A DNA stretch of 46,308 nucleotides from Octopus bimaculoides (taxonomy: Eukaryota). The DNA lies in assembly GCF_001194135.2 (NCBI RefSeq), contig NC_068981.1, positions 23,801,035-23,847,342 on the forward strand, read 5' to 3'. Numbering within the stretch: position 1 is the first letter of the stretch; every line of letters starts with the position of its first letter. The notes below the pieces were generated by a model. That model saw only the letters and a program-made list of their open reading frames with translations. It made no database searches and was not told where the DNA came from. Below are positions 24,991-36,975 of this stretch, one piece after another. The position numbers were made by a program, and so were the translations under genes.

Positions 24991-26697
24991 CCCTCGCAAC
25001 TTATACTGGAAGCGAACTTCTTACTACACAGCCACTCTTGTATATTGTATTTTGTATGTATGTTGAATATCAGGAAAAGGAGGCCAGCGGGACATTTTTA
25101 ATCCGGCATTTGGATTTACTCTCAATCGTGTAAGTTCGTTAACTATGTATGGGGACAGTGCTTATATTCACAGTATTACTGAGGTTTTCAGTAAATAGTT
25201 TTGGCCGATTTGCATAGATAACTCATTTTTGGAGGCTAGCTTGATTAACAAAACCTGACCTGTAGTATTCTGCTTGAGAGCTATATTGTAGTACATGTGT
25301 TTACATCAGTATATACATATAGTGTTCGCTAATATTTATAGCGCGGGCAAACAAACACACATACACGCGCAATTATGCACACTCAAGCACACAGATGCCC
25401 TCGCTCGGAAATATATACATACATGTAGATGTATACATACACACGCATATGTAAAGTTCTTTGTACGTATATAAACACAAGTACACATATATCTATATTC
25501 ATATGCATACACACATAAGTATGTGTGTGTGTTAAATCTTTCAAACTGAAAGGATTTCAAATACCCGTTCTTATTTCATACTGAATGGGGATGGATGAGA
25601 GAATCGTTAGTAGTTCAAAACTTAAAAACAGTAATTTAGTTAGTGTTTGCAACACTTAATGCAGGAAGCATTAAAGTGCTAACTAGAAATAATTATGCGC
25701 CGAGGAAAGAACAATGGGAAAAAATCGTAGAAAACGCCTTTGGTGTTTAATTACGTTCTTTTAAGTGCTGAGTTCAAATCTCGCCAGAGTTGAATTAGCC
25801 TTTGATCATCTCAGGATCGATAAAATAAACACCAATTAACTAACTAGGTTGGCTGTGTTCTCCATCAAAAAATTATAGTTTGTGATACGGTAGATCACTG
25901 CATTAAAGGCTTTGGCGTACTTAAAGTATTCTGCATTCTGCATTCAAATACACGCTGCGGGTGGGCTTTATTTTTCATTCTTCCATTGTTGATAAAATAG
26001 ATACCAGTTATGTACTCCGGTTGATTACACTGACTTTCTACCTCTTTCGACTTGTGTACTGTTGTTTGAAGTTGCTATTTCTTGTTGATTGTAATGCGAA
26101 TTAGAACAAAGAGATTAGTTCACATCATGTTGCATACATGACCTGGTATCAATTCCCAAATGGGCATGAACATGAATAATTCCATAGTATTTTCTAACAC
26201 AAAGCTTTGTCGTTTTGCTTAGCCAAAGGAAGTCATTATTTACCGCTGTCCAATGTGCGGCGTAGATTAGAAGTTGTTTCTCTATAAACCGAATCCGCGA
26301 CCTAGTTTAATTCTCTTGCTAAGTAATTAAAATGACACTCACTTTAGTGCTGACTTCAGGTAAGTCCAGAGTTTGATGTCTTTATAAGAAAACATTAATT
26401 AATTGACAATCTGTCAGAAAGAGAAGGATAAAAGCGACAAATAAATTCGATAAAAAGAAACTAAAACAAATATCTTGCTTAAAGTAACGGCGTTGTTTTC
26501 ATTGAATTCACCGATCTCGAGAGGTTCGAATTCCACCAGCAGCTTTTAACTTTTTTCTATTCGAATGTATTTAAACCTAATATCTACACGCTCTTCTTTA
26601 TAGCTTTATCTGCTTCGAGTTGAATAGTTTAAAATTAATTGTTTCATGTTCTGTCGAATTTTCTAAAGTCTTATGACATCACCAACAAACAATTCTC

Positions 26698-28547
26698 GGT
26701 GCTACTTTAGCGTGCAGTATCCTGTCTACGCTGTGAAATTGCTTTTAGCGTGTAGTCTGCCTTTTCTTACCCTCTTAACCTGAGTTAATTTTAACCATTA
26801 CAATGCTGTTAAAGGATTTCTATAGATGTATAATTTTTACAGAGGAACCAGCAGCTGCATTTTTACAAGAAAACAATCCTCTGGATACATCGCAAGAATC
26901 AGGGTCCCAGTGACTGGAACACATCCTCATGGTATTGAGAGATCATGGCTGAATTCCAAAACAACTATTATAAAGAAAATGAGAGGCTTTAGTAGTGAGC
27001 TTTTCCAGTCATACCTTGATCACTTTTGCTGGAAAGATTTGAGAAAAGATGCAGCGCATTTGTTTGTGGCATTCTTAAATGATGTACGAAGTGTGTATCA
27101 TTAATTAAGATTATAATATAAGTTATTAACTCATTATTCAACATTATTCAATTTGTTTTTATCATCTTGTATTATTAGGTCGTGAAGTATGAAACTTTTA
27201 GAAAAGAAAAATAAGTTTGCTAATGTTTTATAAGTACAAGGAATAGTTTTATTCATCAAAGTATGCACCCATAGTGTCAATACACTTTTGCCATTTTAGC
27301 GGCCGCTTGTCCAGCCCGGAACTGTAAAAGACTGGAAATCTAGAGTTAGTAAAATCTTGGAAGGCCTATTTTACAGCATCGTTGAAATTAAATTTTTTTC
27401 CTATCAAAAAGTTATCCAAATTCTGGAAGAAGTGGTAGTCAGTGGAAGCAAGATCAGATGAGTATGGTGGGTGATGGAGAACTTCCAACTCCGACTCCTG
27501 CGATTTGTGGTCTGGTGTTGTCTTGCAATAAAACTGGAGTGGATCTGTTGACTAATCTAGGCTATTTTTTTGTAAGTTTCTGATCATTTGGTCCAGTTGG
27601 CTGCAGTATACTTCGACCGTGATTGATGAGCCAGGTTTAATGAAATCATAATGGATCACACCTGCGCAGACCACCAAACACACACCATCAGCTTCTTTTG
27701 TCGAATTTTACTTTTCGGACTGTGTTTTGGTGGCTCATCTTTGTCCAGCCATTGTGCTGAATGTTTACGGTTGTTATATTGGATCCATTTCTCATCACAT
27801 ATTATAATTCGATTCAAAAATGATTGATTTTTGTGACGAGAAAGTAGCATAATGCAGGGTTGCAAACGTTGCTCTTTCTTATTTTCATTGAGTTCAGTGG
27901 AACCCACTTATCCAACTTTTTCACTTTACTGATTTGAACTAAGTGAGTCAATATTGCTTGCTTTCTAACAACGATAACTCATGGGTACTTTGAGATGGAT
28001 CTGACTCGACGGTGGCTTTCAGTTCGTCATTATCCACCTTTGTTTCTGGTCGACCGAGTTGCTCATTTGTGAGGTTAAAGTTACCAAAACGAAATTTTGC
28101 AACCAATTTGATACTGTCTGCTGTGTAATAACATTAGAATGAAATACCCCATTAATATTCCGAGCTGTCTGTGATGCTGTAATTCCAAGAAAGAACGAAT
28201 ATTTCAAAACTCTACGAATTTCCGACTTATCTCAAAACAAAAATAGCAGAAAGCGATTTATAAATACTTTATAAAGCACAAAATGAGTTAGAATAAAGAA
28301 ATAGATGTCAGCTTTCTAATAAAATACAATAATGTGAAAATATAATAATGGCGCAAAATGAGCAGCTGTCAAAGTTTACCATATACCTTACTGCAAATTT
28401 CATACATGACCACCTAATGTAAAGTTCTTACAGTGGAGGTAGTTTGTACGCTAAGTGTAAAAGAGTAAGAAAAGCTACACCGCACGCTAAAAGTAATTTC
28501 ACAGCGTAGACCGAATACTGCGGTAGATCGCACGCTAAAGTAGCACC
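26698..28547 (+). mobile_element. Merlin (ISXO2/IS1016-related) DNA transposon, deleted derivative
   Basis: 8-bp TSD CAATTCTC at 26690-26697 and 28548-28555; TIR GGTGCTACTTTAGCGTGC with long imperfect extension; ORF 26826-27104 PVTGTHPHGIERSW...KMRG...FQSYLDHFCWK matches the ISXO2-like transposase C-terminus. Confidence 0.88.
27175..28417 (-). mobile_element. Mariner element, ~1.24 kb, decayed, nested in Merlin
   Basis: TIRs TTAGGTCGTGAAGTATGAAA / TTAGGTGGTCATGTATGAAA (17/20); TA on the left; motifs LDKWVP, IIICDEKWIQYNN, KLMVCVWWS, LLQDNTRP, HPPYSSDLASTDYHFF. Confidence 0.95.
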
Positions 28548-28714
28548 CAATTCTCTATGGTGAGAATAAAGTTTCTAAAATGGATAGAAGAATTTGAAGG
28601 ATTGCTTTGGTCTCATGGTAGAACGCCTGTCATATTTTACAGAGACTGGAGATCGAGTCCCATTGGTAGCCTTCTACGTTTTGCATTCGTTGTGTTTTTA
28701 ACCCAAGTATAGTC

Positions 28715-28885
28715 CCAGATATAGACATGTGGTTGAGAAGTTTGTCTCATTATCACGGTTCCGGTTTCAAGTCCACGCAGCACGTTCAGTCTCTGTCTTC
28801 TACTGTAGCGTTGTTTTGATCAATGCATTGTGGACGAAATTTGGTAGAGAAATCTGTGTGGGAACCCGTCGTATATGTATATCTA
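28715..28885 (+). mobile_element. SINE family A, highly diverged
   Basis: tgtggttgagaag...cggttccggtttcaag...gtcttctactgtagc...atttggtaga...acccgtcgtatatg. Confidence 0.6.
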
Positions 28886-29529
28886 TGAATATGTATAGAG
28901 TCTAAACCCGGTTATTATGTCCGTTAATGCGAACTTGTATTCTAGAGAATCAATAAATAAATGTCGGTGAAATAAGACCAGAGTGAAAAGAAGTGGTGGT
29001 GTCGAAGTGGGCAATTTAAAACATTTGAAAGCACTATCCAGGCTGAGCCGCAGTATAATGACGAAAACCGGTTAAAAAAAAAAATTGTTAGTATTGGCTG
29101 CTCTGATTAGTTTCGCTTTTATGCATTTACTTTATCTCTTATTAATTTATCAGTTAGTTAGGCAAACAAACAATTAATCAAAATTAGCTAATGGCCTTTA
29201 TCAGGTCATTTCAATCTTTTCTTTTTTTAAAATCCAAGTCAGAATTTTTATTCATTTAAAATATCACATCTTATAATTCTAATTGTACATTTTGCCATTA
29301 ACTTGAAGGGAGAATATGTAGTCTATAAAAGTGGCCCCAGCATATGTCTGATACCACTTTAATTGACTCTCGGCAGATGAAAATTCCACTTAATAGGATA
29401 TGAATTCACAGCATAAAGATACAAAACCCGTGTGAACGTATTTAATGCCGGAATCATTAACATATTAACGAGAAAAATTATGCGATGAGAAAAGACACTC
29501 AATATTAGTGTATGATTGATATGATTTCT

Positions 29530-30125
29530 AATTTATGCCAAACAATTTTAGTGTTGGTAGGATATTAGATTAACTCGACCCCAGTACTTGAATGGATTTT
29601 GTATTCTATCGATCGTGAGATGAAAGGCAAAGTGAACCTCGGTGGGATTTGAACTCTGAACTTAAAGAACCGGAAGAAAAACCGCACAACATTTTTTTCA
29701 ATACCCGAACGATTCTACCAGCCTGCGGCTCTTGTGAAAGACTAATATTAACTTCAATTAAGGCGGCGAGTGGAGCGAAACTTTAGTATGCCGGGCGAAA
29801 TGCTTTGCGGTATTTTGTCTGTCTTTAGATTCTGAGTTCAAATTCTGCCGAGGTCGACTTTGCCTTTCATCTTTCGGGGTCGATAAATTAAGTACCAGTT
29901 GCGTACTGGGGATCGATCTAATCGACTGGTCCCCTCCACCAAAATTTCGGGCCTTGTACCTAGATTAGAAAAGAATCTTTAGCAGGCCGGGCAAAATGCA
30001 TAGCATTTTGTCCGCCTTTACGCTCTGAGTTCAAATTCAGCCGAGGTCGATAAAATAAGTACCAGTTGAGCAATGGGTCGATGTAATCGACTTACCCCTC
30101 CACCGAAATTGCTGGCCTTGTGCCA
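29530..30125. mobile_element. Cluster of three SINE family B copies: 29530-29745 minus, 29757-29976 plus full-length, 29980-30125 plus
   Basis: Core gagttcaaattctgccgaggtcgactttgcctttcatctttcggggtcgataaattaagtaccagttgcgtactgggg repeated. Confidence 0.9.
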
Positions 30126-30860
30126 NNNNNNNNNNNNNNNNNNNNNNNNNNNNNNNNNNNNNNNNNNNNNNNNNNNNNNNNNNNNNNNNNNNNNNNNNNN
30201 NNNNNNNNNNNNNNNNNNNNNNNNNNNNNNNNNNNNNNNNNNNNNNNNNNNNNNNNNNNNNNNNNNNNNNNNNNNNNNNNNNNNNNNNNNNNNNNNNNNN
30301 NNNNNNNNNNNNNNNNNNNNNNNNNNNNNNNNNNNNNNNNNNNNNNNNNNNNNNNNNNNNNNNNNNNNNNNNNNNNNNNNNNNNNNNNNNNNNNNNNNNN
30401 NNNNNNNNNNNNNNNNNNNNNNNNNNNNNNNNNNNNNNNNNNNNNNNNNNNNNNNNNNNNNNNNNNNNNNNNNNNNNNNNNNNNNNNNNNNNNNNNNNNN
30501 NNNNNNNNNNNNNNNNNNNNNNNNNNNNNNNNNNNNNNNNNNNNNNNNNNNNNNNNNNNNNNNNNNNNNNNNNNNNNNNNNNNNNNNNNNNNNNNNNNNN
30601 NNNNNNNNNNNNNNNNNNNNNNNNNNNNNNNNNNNNNNNNNNNNNNNNNNNNNNNNNNNNNNNNNNNNNNNNNNNNNNNNNNNNAAGTTTTGCCCTCCTC
30701 AGAGTATTCTGGACTCTTTAGCAGAACTTAACGTTCACTGTCGCTGATGCGGGTGGAAAAAAAAAGTAATAAGTAAAGGAATGTACAAGTTTAGGGAGTC
30801 TTTCATGTAGAAATAGAAATTATAAAAATATTTTTTTTAATATTTTCTTAAATATTTTAA

Positions 30861-31252
30861 GGCGTAGGAGTGGCTGTGTGGTAAGTAACTTGCTTACGAA
30901 CCACATGGTTCCGGGTTCAGTCTCACTGCGCGGCACCTTGGACAAGTGTTTTCTACAATAGTCGCGGGCCGACCATACCCTTATGAGTGGATTTGGTAGA
31001 CGGAAACTGAAAGAAGTATATATATGTATGTGTGTGTATATGTTTGTGTATCTGTGTTTGTCCCCCCCCAAATTGCTTGACAACTTATGCTGGTGTGTTT
31101 ATATCCCCGTAACTTAGCGGTTCTGCAAAACAGACCGACAGAATAAGTATTAGGCTTACAAAGAATAAGTCCTGGGGTCGATTTGCTCGACTAAAGGCAG
31201 TGCTCCAGCATGGCCACAGTCAAATGACTGAAACAAATACGAGTAAAGGAGT
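30861..31252 (+). mobile_element. SINE family A, full-length
   Basis: ggcgtaggagtggctgtgtggtaag head to gctccagcatggccacagtcaaatgactgaaaca tail. Confidence 0.93.
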
Positions 31253-31356
31253 ATTCCGACTTCGTTTATATGAAAAATAATAGTCCAAGTTGTTGCTAGC
31301 ATATTTAATGTAGGAAAAAACTACAATCTCATTAGGTCTATCGTACCACTATTTTG

Positions 31357-31580
31357 TACGAGAGGGTGCTGAAAAGTTCCTGGCTTTGGGTAAAAGAAAA
31401 TACAAGAGGATCAGTTAATTATGATTTTAACCAACATATTCCCTTCTCAGATTCACACTTATTGCAGCAAACCTTCAGTTTTTTTCTTTAAGTCCTGCAA
31501 AAGAATTCGGAAGATTGGACCTCTAACCAGGCCTTTTGTGACACTCTTAAACCCAGGAACATTTTCAGCAGCCCCTCGTA
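31357..31580. mobile_element. Mariner-derived MITE (224 bp including TA)
   Basis: TA-CGAGAGGGTGCTGAAAAGTTCCTGG at left; right end reverse complement TA-CGAGGGGCTGCTGAAAATGTTCCTGG; no ORF. Confidence 0.88.
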
Positions 31581-32141
31581 CATTCTTTGATTCTCTAATT
31601 ATGACAAAAGATACTTAATTCGCAATGATTCACTTCATTTAAGTGTATGTGAGTACAACAGAGTGGTAAGGTTCACCACGGTAACTAGCGGCAGCAATGC
31701 AAGGCTATACAAGCATAACAGTTAACCATGCTGGGAGCCTGTACTGAAGTAGATAAAGGATAAACAGACTATGAATTTTTGACGGATGACGAACATATTT
31801 TTTTTATATTTCCTTGCTTTCTTTGCATCAAAGAATTTTCAACATATTTTTTTTTGTTTCCATTTTGTTTTGTTTCTTTTTACGGTATTCTAAATGACTA
31901 GAATTTAGGAATGCATAGATTTCGGTATGCTGTTACGCTAGAAGATGTTGATTAGTGTAAGCTATTGATATGGAAAGGTTAAGACGGACAAAATACTATT
32001 GATGTCTACAGCAGTTGTGTGTGTTTGTGTGTATGTGCGTGNNNNNNNNNNNNNNNNNNNNNNNNNNNNNNNNNNNNNNNNNNNNNNNNNNNNNNNNNNN
32101 NNNNNNNNNNNNNNNNNNNNNNNNNNNNNNNNNNNNNNNNN

Positions 32142-32532
32142 TATATAATATATATACATATATATATAATATATATACATATATAAATATACATATATAT
32201 ATATATATATAGATATATATATAATATATATATATAAACATACATATATACATATATATATATATACATATATATATAAACATACATATATACATATATA
32301 TATATATACATATATATANNNNNNNNNNTATAAACATACATATATACATATATATATATATACATATATATATAAACATACATATATACATATATATATA
32401 TATACATATATATATAAACATAGATATATACATATATATATAATATATATATATATAATATATATATATAAACATATATATATACATATATATATATATG
32501 ATATATATATATATATATATACGCACATATAA

Positions 32533-32565
<33 letters not shown>

Positions 32566-32815
32566 AATACAAATATATATATATATATAAATACAAATAT
32601 ATATATATAAATACAAATATATATACATATCTATATATATATATACATATTTATACATATATATATATACACATATATATATACATGCATATATACACAC
32701 ATATATATATATACATATATATACACATATATATATATATATATACATATATATACACATATATATATATACATATANNNNNNNNNNNNNNNNNNNNNNN
32801 NNNNNNNNNNGCGTG

Positions 32816-32861
<46 letters not shown>

Positions 32862-32895
32862 CATATATATGTATGTATGTGTGCATGTATGCATG
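32142..32895. repeat. Compound (TA)n microsatellite with higher-order units (TATAAACATACATATATACA; TATATAAATACAAA)
   Basis: Direct inspection. Confidence 0.95.
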
Positions 32896-33532
32896 TGAAT
32901 AGAACTGTGATGCCAATAATTATATAAGATTTCCTCGAGTACAAACAGATTGATATGGATAATTTTGAATGTTATTAATATCCGAGTGTATAAGTATATA
33001 TTGCTAAACCGCTTAAGGACTGACATATGAGGAAATCTAAGTTTGCGTTTATGGAAATATCTGATATCTGACATGTTTCAGAACATTATTGAAAGTTAGT
33101 AAAGTGTAATCAAGTACCAATGAATAGTTTTTCAATGAGGTAGGTGGTATAATCAAGTTAAATTGATGTTTGTATATTATTGGTGAGAGTGCACTTGACC
33201 GGGTCGATAGATAAACGAACAATCAACAGATAGTTCTGCAGTTCACATCCGATCGCTGGTGGTCAAATTTAAGACCCCAACTAATCCAGTCCACCAAAAA
33301 TTTGCTTGGAAAAACCTGCCGTTGTAAGTAGCTACAGGAATCCTGTTAAATTCCTTACGACTATTATTATCATCAGATATCTACAAAAAACTTGTAATTT
33401 TGCTGCTGATGAGGATCGCATTCATTTTTGTAGAAGTTAATATTAAGAACGTTACATCAGAGGAGAACATTTTAAATGCCTCAACTGGTTGGAAGAAATT
33501 AACAAGATCCAGCTACAGCACAGTAGAATTAC

Positions 33533-33668
33533 CAGGAGGCCAGTTAGTTTGCAGTGTGAAATTTAACTCTTCCATTGTGGCTGGAGAGGAAGGAACTGTA
33601 GAGTCCTGTATCATTTCAGAATGTTTGCTCGTATTAGTGCGCTTCTTCATTGGATATGGTTGACGATT
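33533..33668 (-). CDS. Candidate exon, 136 nt (NRQPYPMKKRTNTSKHSEMIQDSTVPSSPATMEELNFTLQTNWPP+G)
   Basis: Acceptor gcgttttccagcaattag|AAT, donor CCTG|GTAATT; open in phase 0 to phase 1; unique sequence; no homology recognised. Confidence 0.45.
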
Positions 33669-33885
33669 CTAATTGCTGGAAAACGCTTAAATAATAAGCA
33701 ATGGGAACTGTAAACCCTGGTATATTCCAATAAGGCTCACAGTAAAGGAGATTCCCGCAACATATCTAGTGCCAATATAAAATATTACATTCCATTTCTT
33801 TTCTGGGTGCAGAGAAAGAAACATCAACAATATGAAGGAGTTAGCTACATTACAAGAGCTGATATCGGTTTAATCCAAACCGTAC

Positions 33886-33945
33886 CTCGTTTATTGGCCG
33901 CCCTCTTGCAGAAGTCACACTCCGAGTTATATCTCCATGGTGTTT
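33886..33945 (-). CDS. Candidate 60-nt exon (KHHGDITRSVTSARGRPINE in phase 0, or 5'UTR)
   Basis: Acceptor tatctttctattcag|, donor GAG|GTACGG; length a multiple of 3; frame-compatible with 33668-33533. Confidence 0.5.
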
Positions 33946-34279
33946 CTGAATAGAAAGATACCTAAGTTATTTCACTTATGTCATCCGTCCCCAGAGTGAC
34001 GAAAGTGAGAGACAAACTAAATGCGATTCGAAATCTAAAATCGACTTTGATGAGAGTTGAAAATACATAAAATAAAGGGACATAACTAGGTGTTGTAGAT
34101 AATTTGATCCGTTGTTCTACAGATGCTGCTCTCTACAGCTTCAAAGCTGTAGGGAAGAGGGTATACACCATCCTGTGTGTCCCAATTCCGTACATTAAAT
34201 TCTTCAAGGAAGAAAACGGAACTCGGACTCTGAACTAAAACAGCATAACAAATATTTATTACAGTATAATTCTACTCAC

Positions 34280-34440
34280 ACTAGGAGGGAATTCGGTAGC
34301 ATGTCGCCTTTGGTTAGATGAGACGCCGCCAATGAAGTTGCGTGGTTGAAGTCATTTCCTCCTCTCTGGTTAACTATGTGGATTCATTGTAGAGTTGACG
34401 GAGAGCTGCTGTCGAGACGTCTAGTATCCACGAAGTTCAG
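34280..34440 (-). other. Candidate first exon of the minus-strand transcript (5' limit uncertain)
   Basis: Donor AGT|GTGAGT at 34279-34274, next to the promoter-like island; CpG-rich. Confidence 0.4.
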
Positions 34441-34484
34441 TAAACAAAAGAGGCAGAGAGACGCGGAAACGCTTGGATGTTGGA

Positions 34485-34590
34485 TGACCACGCATGCGCA
34501 CGAGGCACTTCCTGTCTGCTTTCCGGAAGACTAGTCCCTGTACATGCGTGGATAAACTCTCCAAAATGGCGACTGGTATCAGTCGCCACT
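34485..34590. promoter_or_regulatory. Housekeeping-type, probably bidirectional promoter: NRF1-like, 2x ETS, YY1
   Basis: ACGCATGCGCA (34490-34500), CACTTCCTGT (34506-34515), TTCCGGAAG (34521-34529) and CAAAATGGCG (34562-34571) within ~85 bp, in CpG-rich sequence against an AT-rich background. Confidence 0.6.
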
Positions 34591-35329
34591 ACAAAGAAAA
34601 TGAAAGTAACAAAATATTTCAACATTAACAGTTTATTTCGATTCAGCAAACAGCAAACGGCTTAGAAGTAATTAAAAATGGGAAACTGTGATGTTCATAT
34701 TTTTCGAAGGCTAAACTTGTAATTGTGTGGAACTTCGTTGGAGCCTTTCCCTGGCGACTAAACTCAGTCTTTTGATGCTCTTTATTATTTCAACAACGCC
34801 GATAAATAGGTCAATAATTTTCCCGATTTATAACCTCATCATAAGAAGAAAAATGTTTTAATATTTACACTTACACAAAATTCATATCCACACAATGAAA
34901 TTTACATCTACAAGGGTTTGTATGAGTGTATCCTCACAGTTAATATTTACACCTAGGCGATATTTACATTTATAATGCAAATGTAAATATTTAAATCGTT
35001 TCATCTTTGAAGATGAGGTTAATACGTTCGAACAACGATAATCGTATTAACAATAATTCCTCTGAGTCATTTAAGCATTTAGAGTGTTAATGTTTGCTAC
35101 TTAGACACAATTATTGGATGAGACGATTGACACCTCCATTTCGGTATCCCTTCCTATTTTATTAGAAAGAAAAAAAATTACTCATTATTTTATGTAACTC
35201 CCTACGAGATTGAAATACAATTAGAGTCCTTTGAAGAATGAATTTATTTGATCGGAATGTAACACACAAACTAATCCAAAGAGACAGTCTTCAGCTACAC
35301 ATCAGTATTATTATTATTTCATTGTATTA

Positions 35330-35760
35330 AAAGCGATGGACGGCAGATTAGTAGAATCGTTAGAGCATCAGACAAATTGCTTTAAAATATTTTTCCTATT
35401 CTTTACACTTTGCGCTCCAATCCCGCTGAGGTCAATTTTGCTTTTCACCCCCTTCGAGAGCGATAAAATAAAATATAAGTTAAGTACTAGGGTTAATGGT
35501 ACCAACTAACCTCCTACCCTCGAATCTGGCTTTGCTCCTAAATCGAAAGCAATTATTTTACATATGGTGTGTTGGAAGAAATATACCATGCGTCGGACAA
35601 CATACCATGCGGAATTTTTTCTGTTCCTTGTGTTCTGGTTTCAAATCCTATGAGGCTAATTCTGACTTTCCTCTCTTCAAGGACGATGAAATAAAAGTAT
35701 CAATCAAGTACCGAGTCGAAGGTATCGATACTCCCCATCCCTTCTAAATTTCCAGCCGCA
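35330..35760 (+). mobile_element. Two degenerate SINE family B copies in tandem
   Basis: aatcccgctgaggtcaattttgcttttcacccccttcgagagcgataaaata and tcaaatcctatgaggctaattctgactttcctctc...gatgaaataaaagta. Confidence 0.6.
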
Positions 35761-36590
35761 ATAAAACAGAAACAATTATTTTATTACATTAAGTAGTCAC
35801 GGAGTTCTACTATACTGCTGCTTTCGTTTAGAGGCAGGAGATCCCGGATTAAAAATATTCCAGTCGTAAACAACCAGTATACAGTAAACAACCAATGAAC
35901 AGTATATCCACGGCCATATTATCAAATTTAACTGTATTGTCTTTTTTTGGTGGGGGATTCTATAAATATTTACTGACGTTTCTAGCAAATTAGAAGACCC
36001 AGTAAATTACCCACATGAATTAACTAACATAAAACGAGCCAATGAGAGAGGCTCGAATTCTCATTAGTTCATCCTGATGTTAATTTTAGGCTGTGCTTAA
36101 AGAAGCCTTTTAATTAAGATGCTGTTCTTAATCTAAGAGTAAAAGGAGAACATCAGACAAAGGTGAAAACATGGCAGAGAATTAATCAAATAGATAATTA
36201 AAAGAAATCAATAGTTTTTACCTTATAACTTGACCTACTTTGTATAATCAGCACGGCGGCGGATAATACTTGAGATAGACTGGAAGATTATCAATTGGAG
36301 GTAGGACAGTTATTAATGCTAATTAGGTTATGTCTGTCTGACTGTCTGCCTGCATATCCGAAAAAGATTTTCAGCAAAAAAACAAAAGAAAAGAAATCCA
36401 GACAAAACAAAAAGCACAGAAAGTACAAAGTAATTTTACGCTTTAAGGAAGAAACAAATCTGATTCAGTATGTAGGAATGAGGTGGAAGTGTTAGTGGTG
36501 ACGGCGGTGGCGAGAGATCTCAAGGATGCTAGCTTCATTAACACTTGTATGTATGTATGTATGTATGTTAGTATTTATGCATGAGTGTGT

Positions 36591-36975
36591 GGAGGCGCAA
36601 TGGCCCAGTGGTTATGGTAGAGGACTCATGCTCATAGGATCGCGGTTTCGATTCCCAAACCGGGCGTTGTGAGTGTTTATTGAGCGAAAACACCTAAAGC
36701 TCCACAAGGCTCCGGCAGGGGATGGTGACGAGCCCTGCTGTGCTCTTTCACCACAACTTTCTCTCACTCTTACTTCCTGTTTCTGTTGTGCCTGTAATTC
36801 AAAGAGTCAGCCTTGTCACACTTTGTGTCACGCTGAATATCCCCGAGAACTACGTTAAGGGTACAGGTGTCTGTGGAGTGCTCAGCCACGCACGTTAATT
36901 TCACGAGCAGGCTGTTCCGTTGATCGGATCAACTAGAACCCTCGACGTCGTAAGCGACGGAGTGCCAACAACAAC
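36591..36975 (+). mobile_element. SINE family C (tRNA-derived), full-length with TSD
   Basis: Head ggaggcgcaatggcccagtggtt...ggtttcgattccc (A/B boxes); tail agcgacggagtgcc(aac)n; TSD atgcatgagtgt(g/a)t at 36577-36590 and 36976-36989. Confidence 0.95.

Noticed and set aside
28599-28673. tRNA-like segment (tggtagaacgcc...gatcgagtccc)
   Set aside because: Acceptor and anticodon stems do not pair; at most a decayed tRNA/SINE head. SINE heads elsewhere are likewise not called as tRNA genes.
119-32944. Long ORFs in the track with poly-IY, CV, HT or X runs (e.g. 119-589, 1140-2291, 4179-4895, 8700-9541, 20399-21094, 30073-30747, 31962-32944)
   Set aside because: Translations of microsatellites or N-gaps (1282-2227, 4405-4756, 8773-9467, 11437-11630, 20468-20912, 30126-30684 and others).
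33400-33663. 87-aa plus-strand ORF
   Set aside because: Antisense to the better-supported minus exon, starts at a non-ATG codon, and has no plus-strand splice sites.
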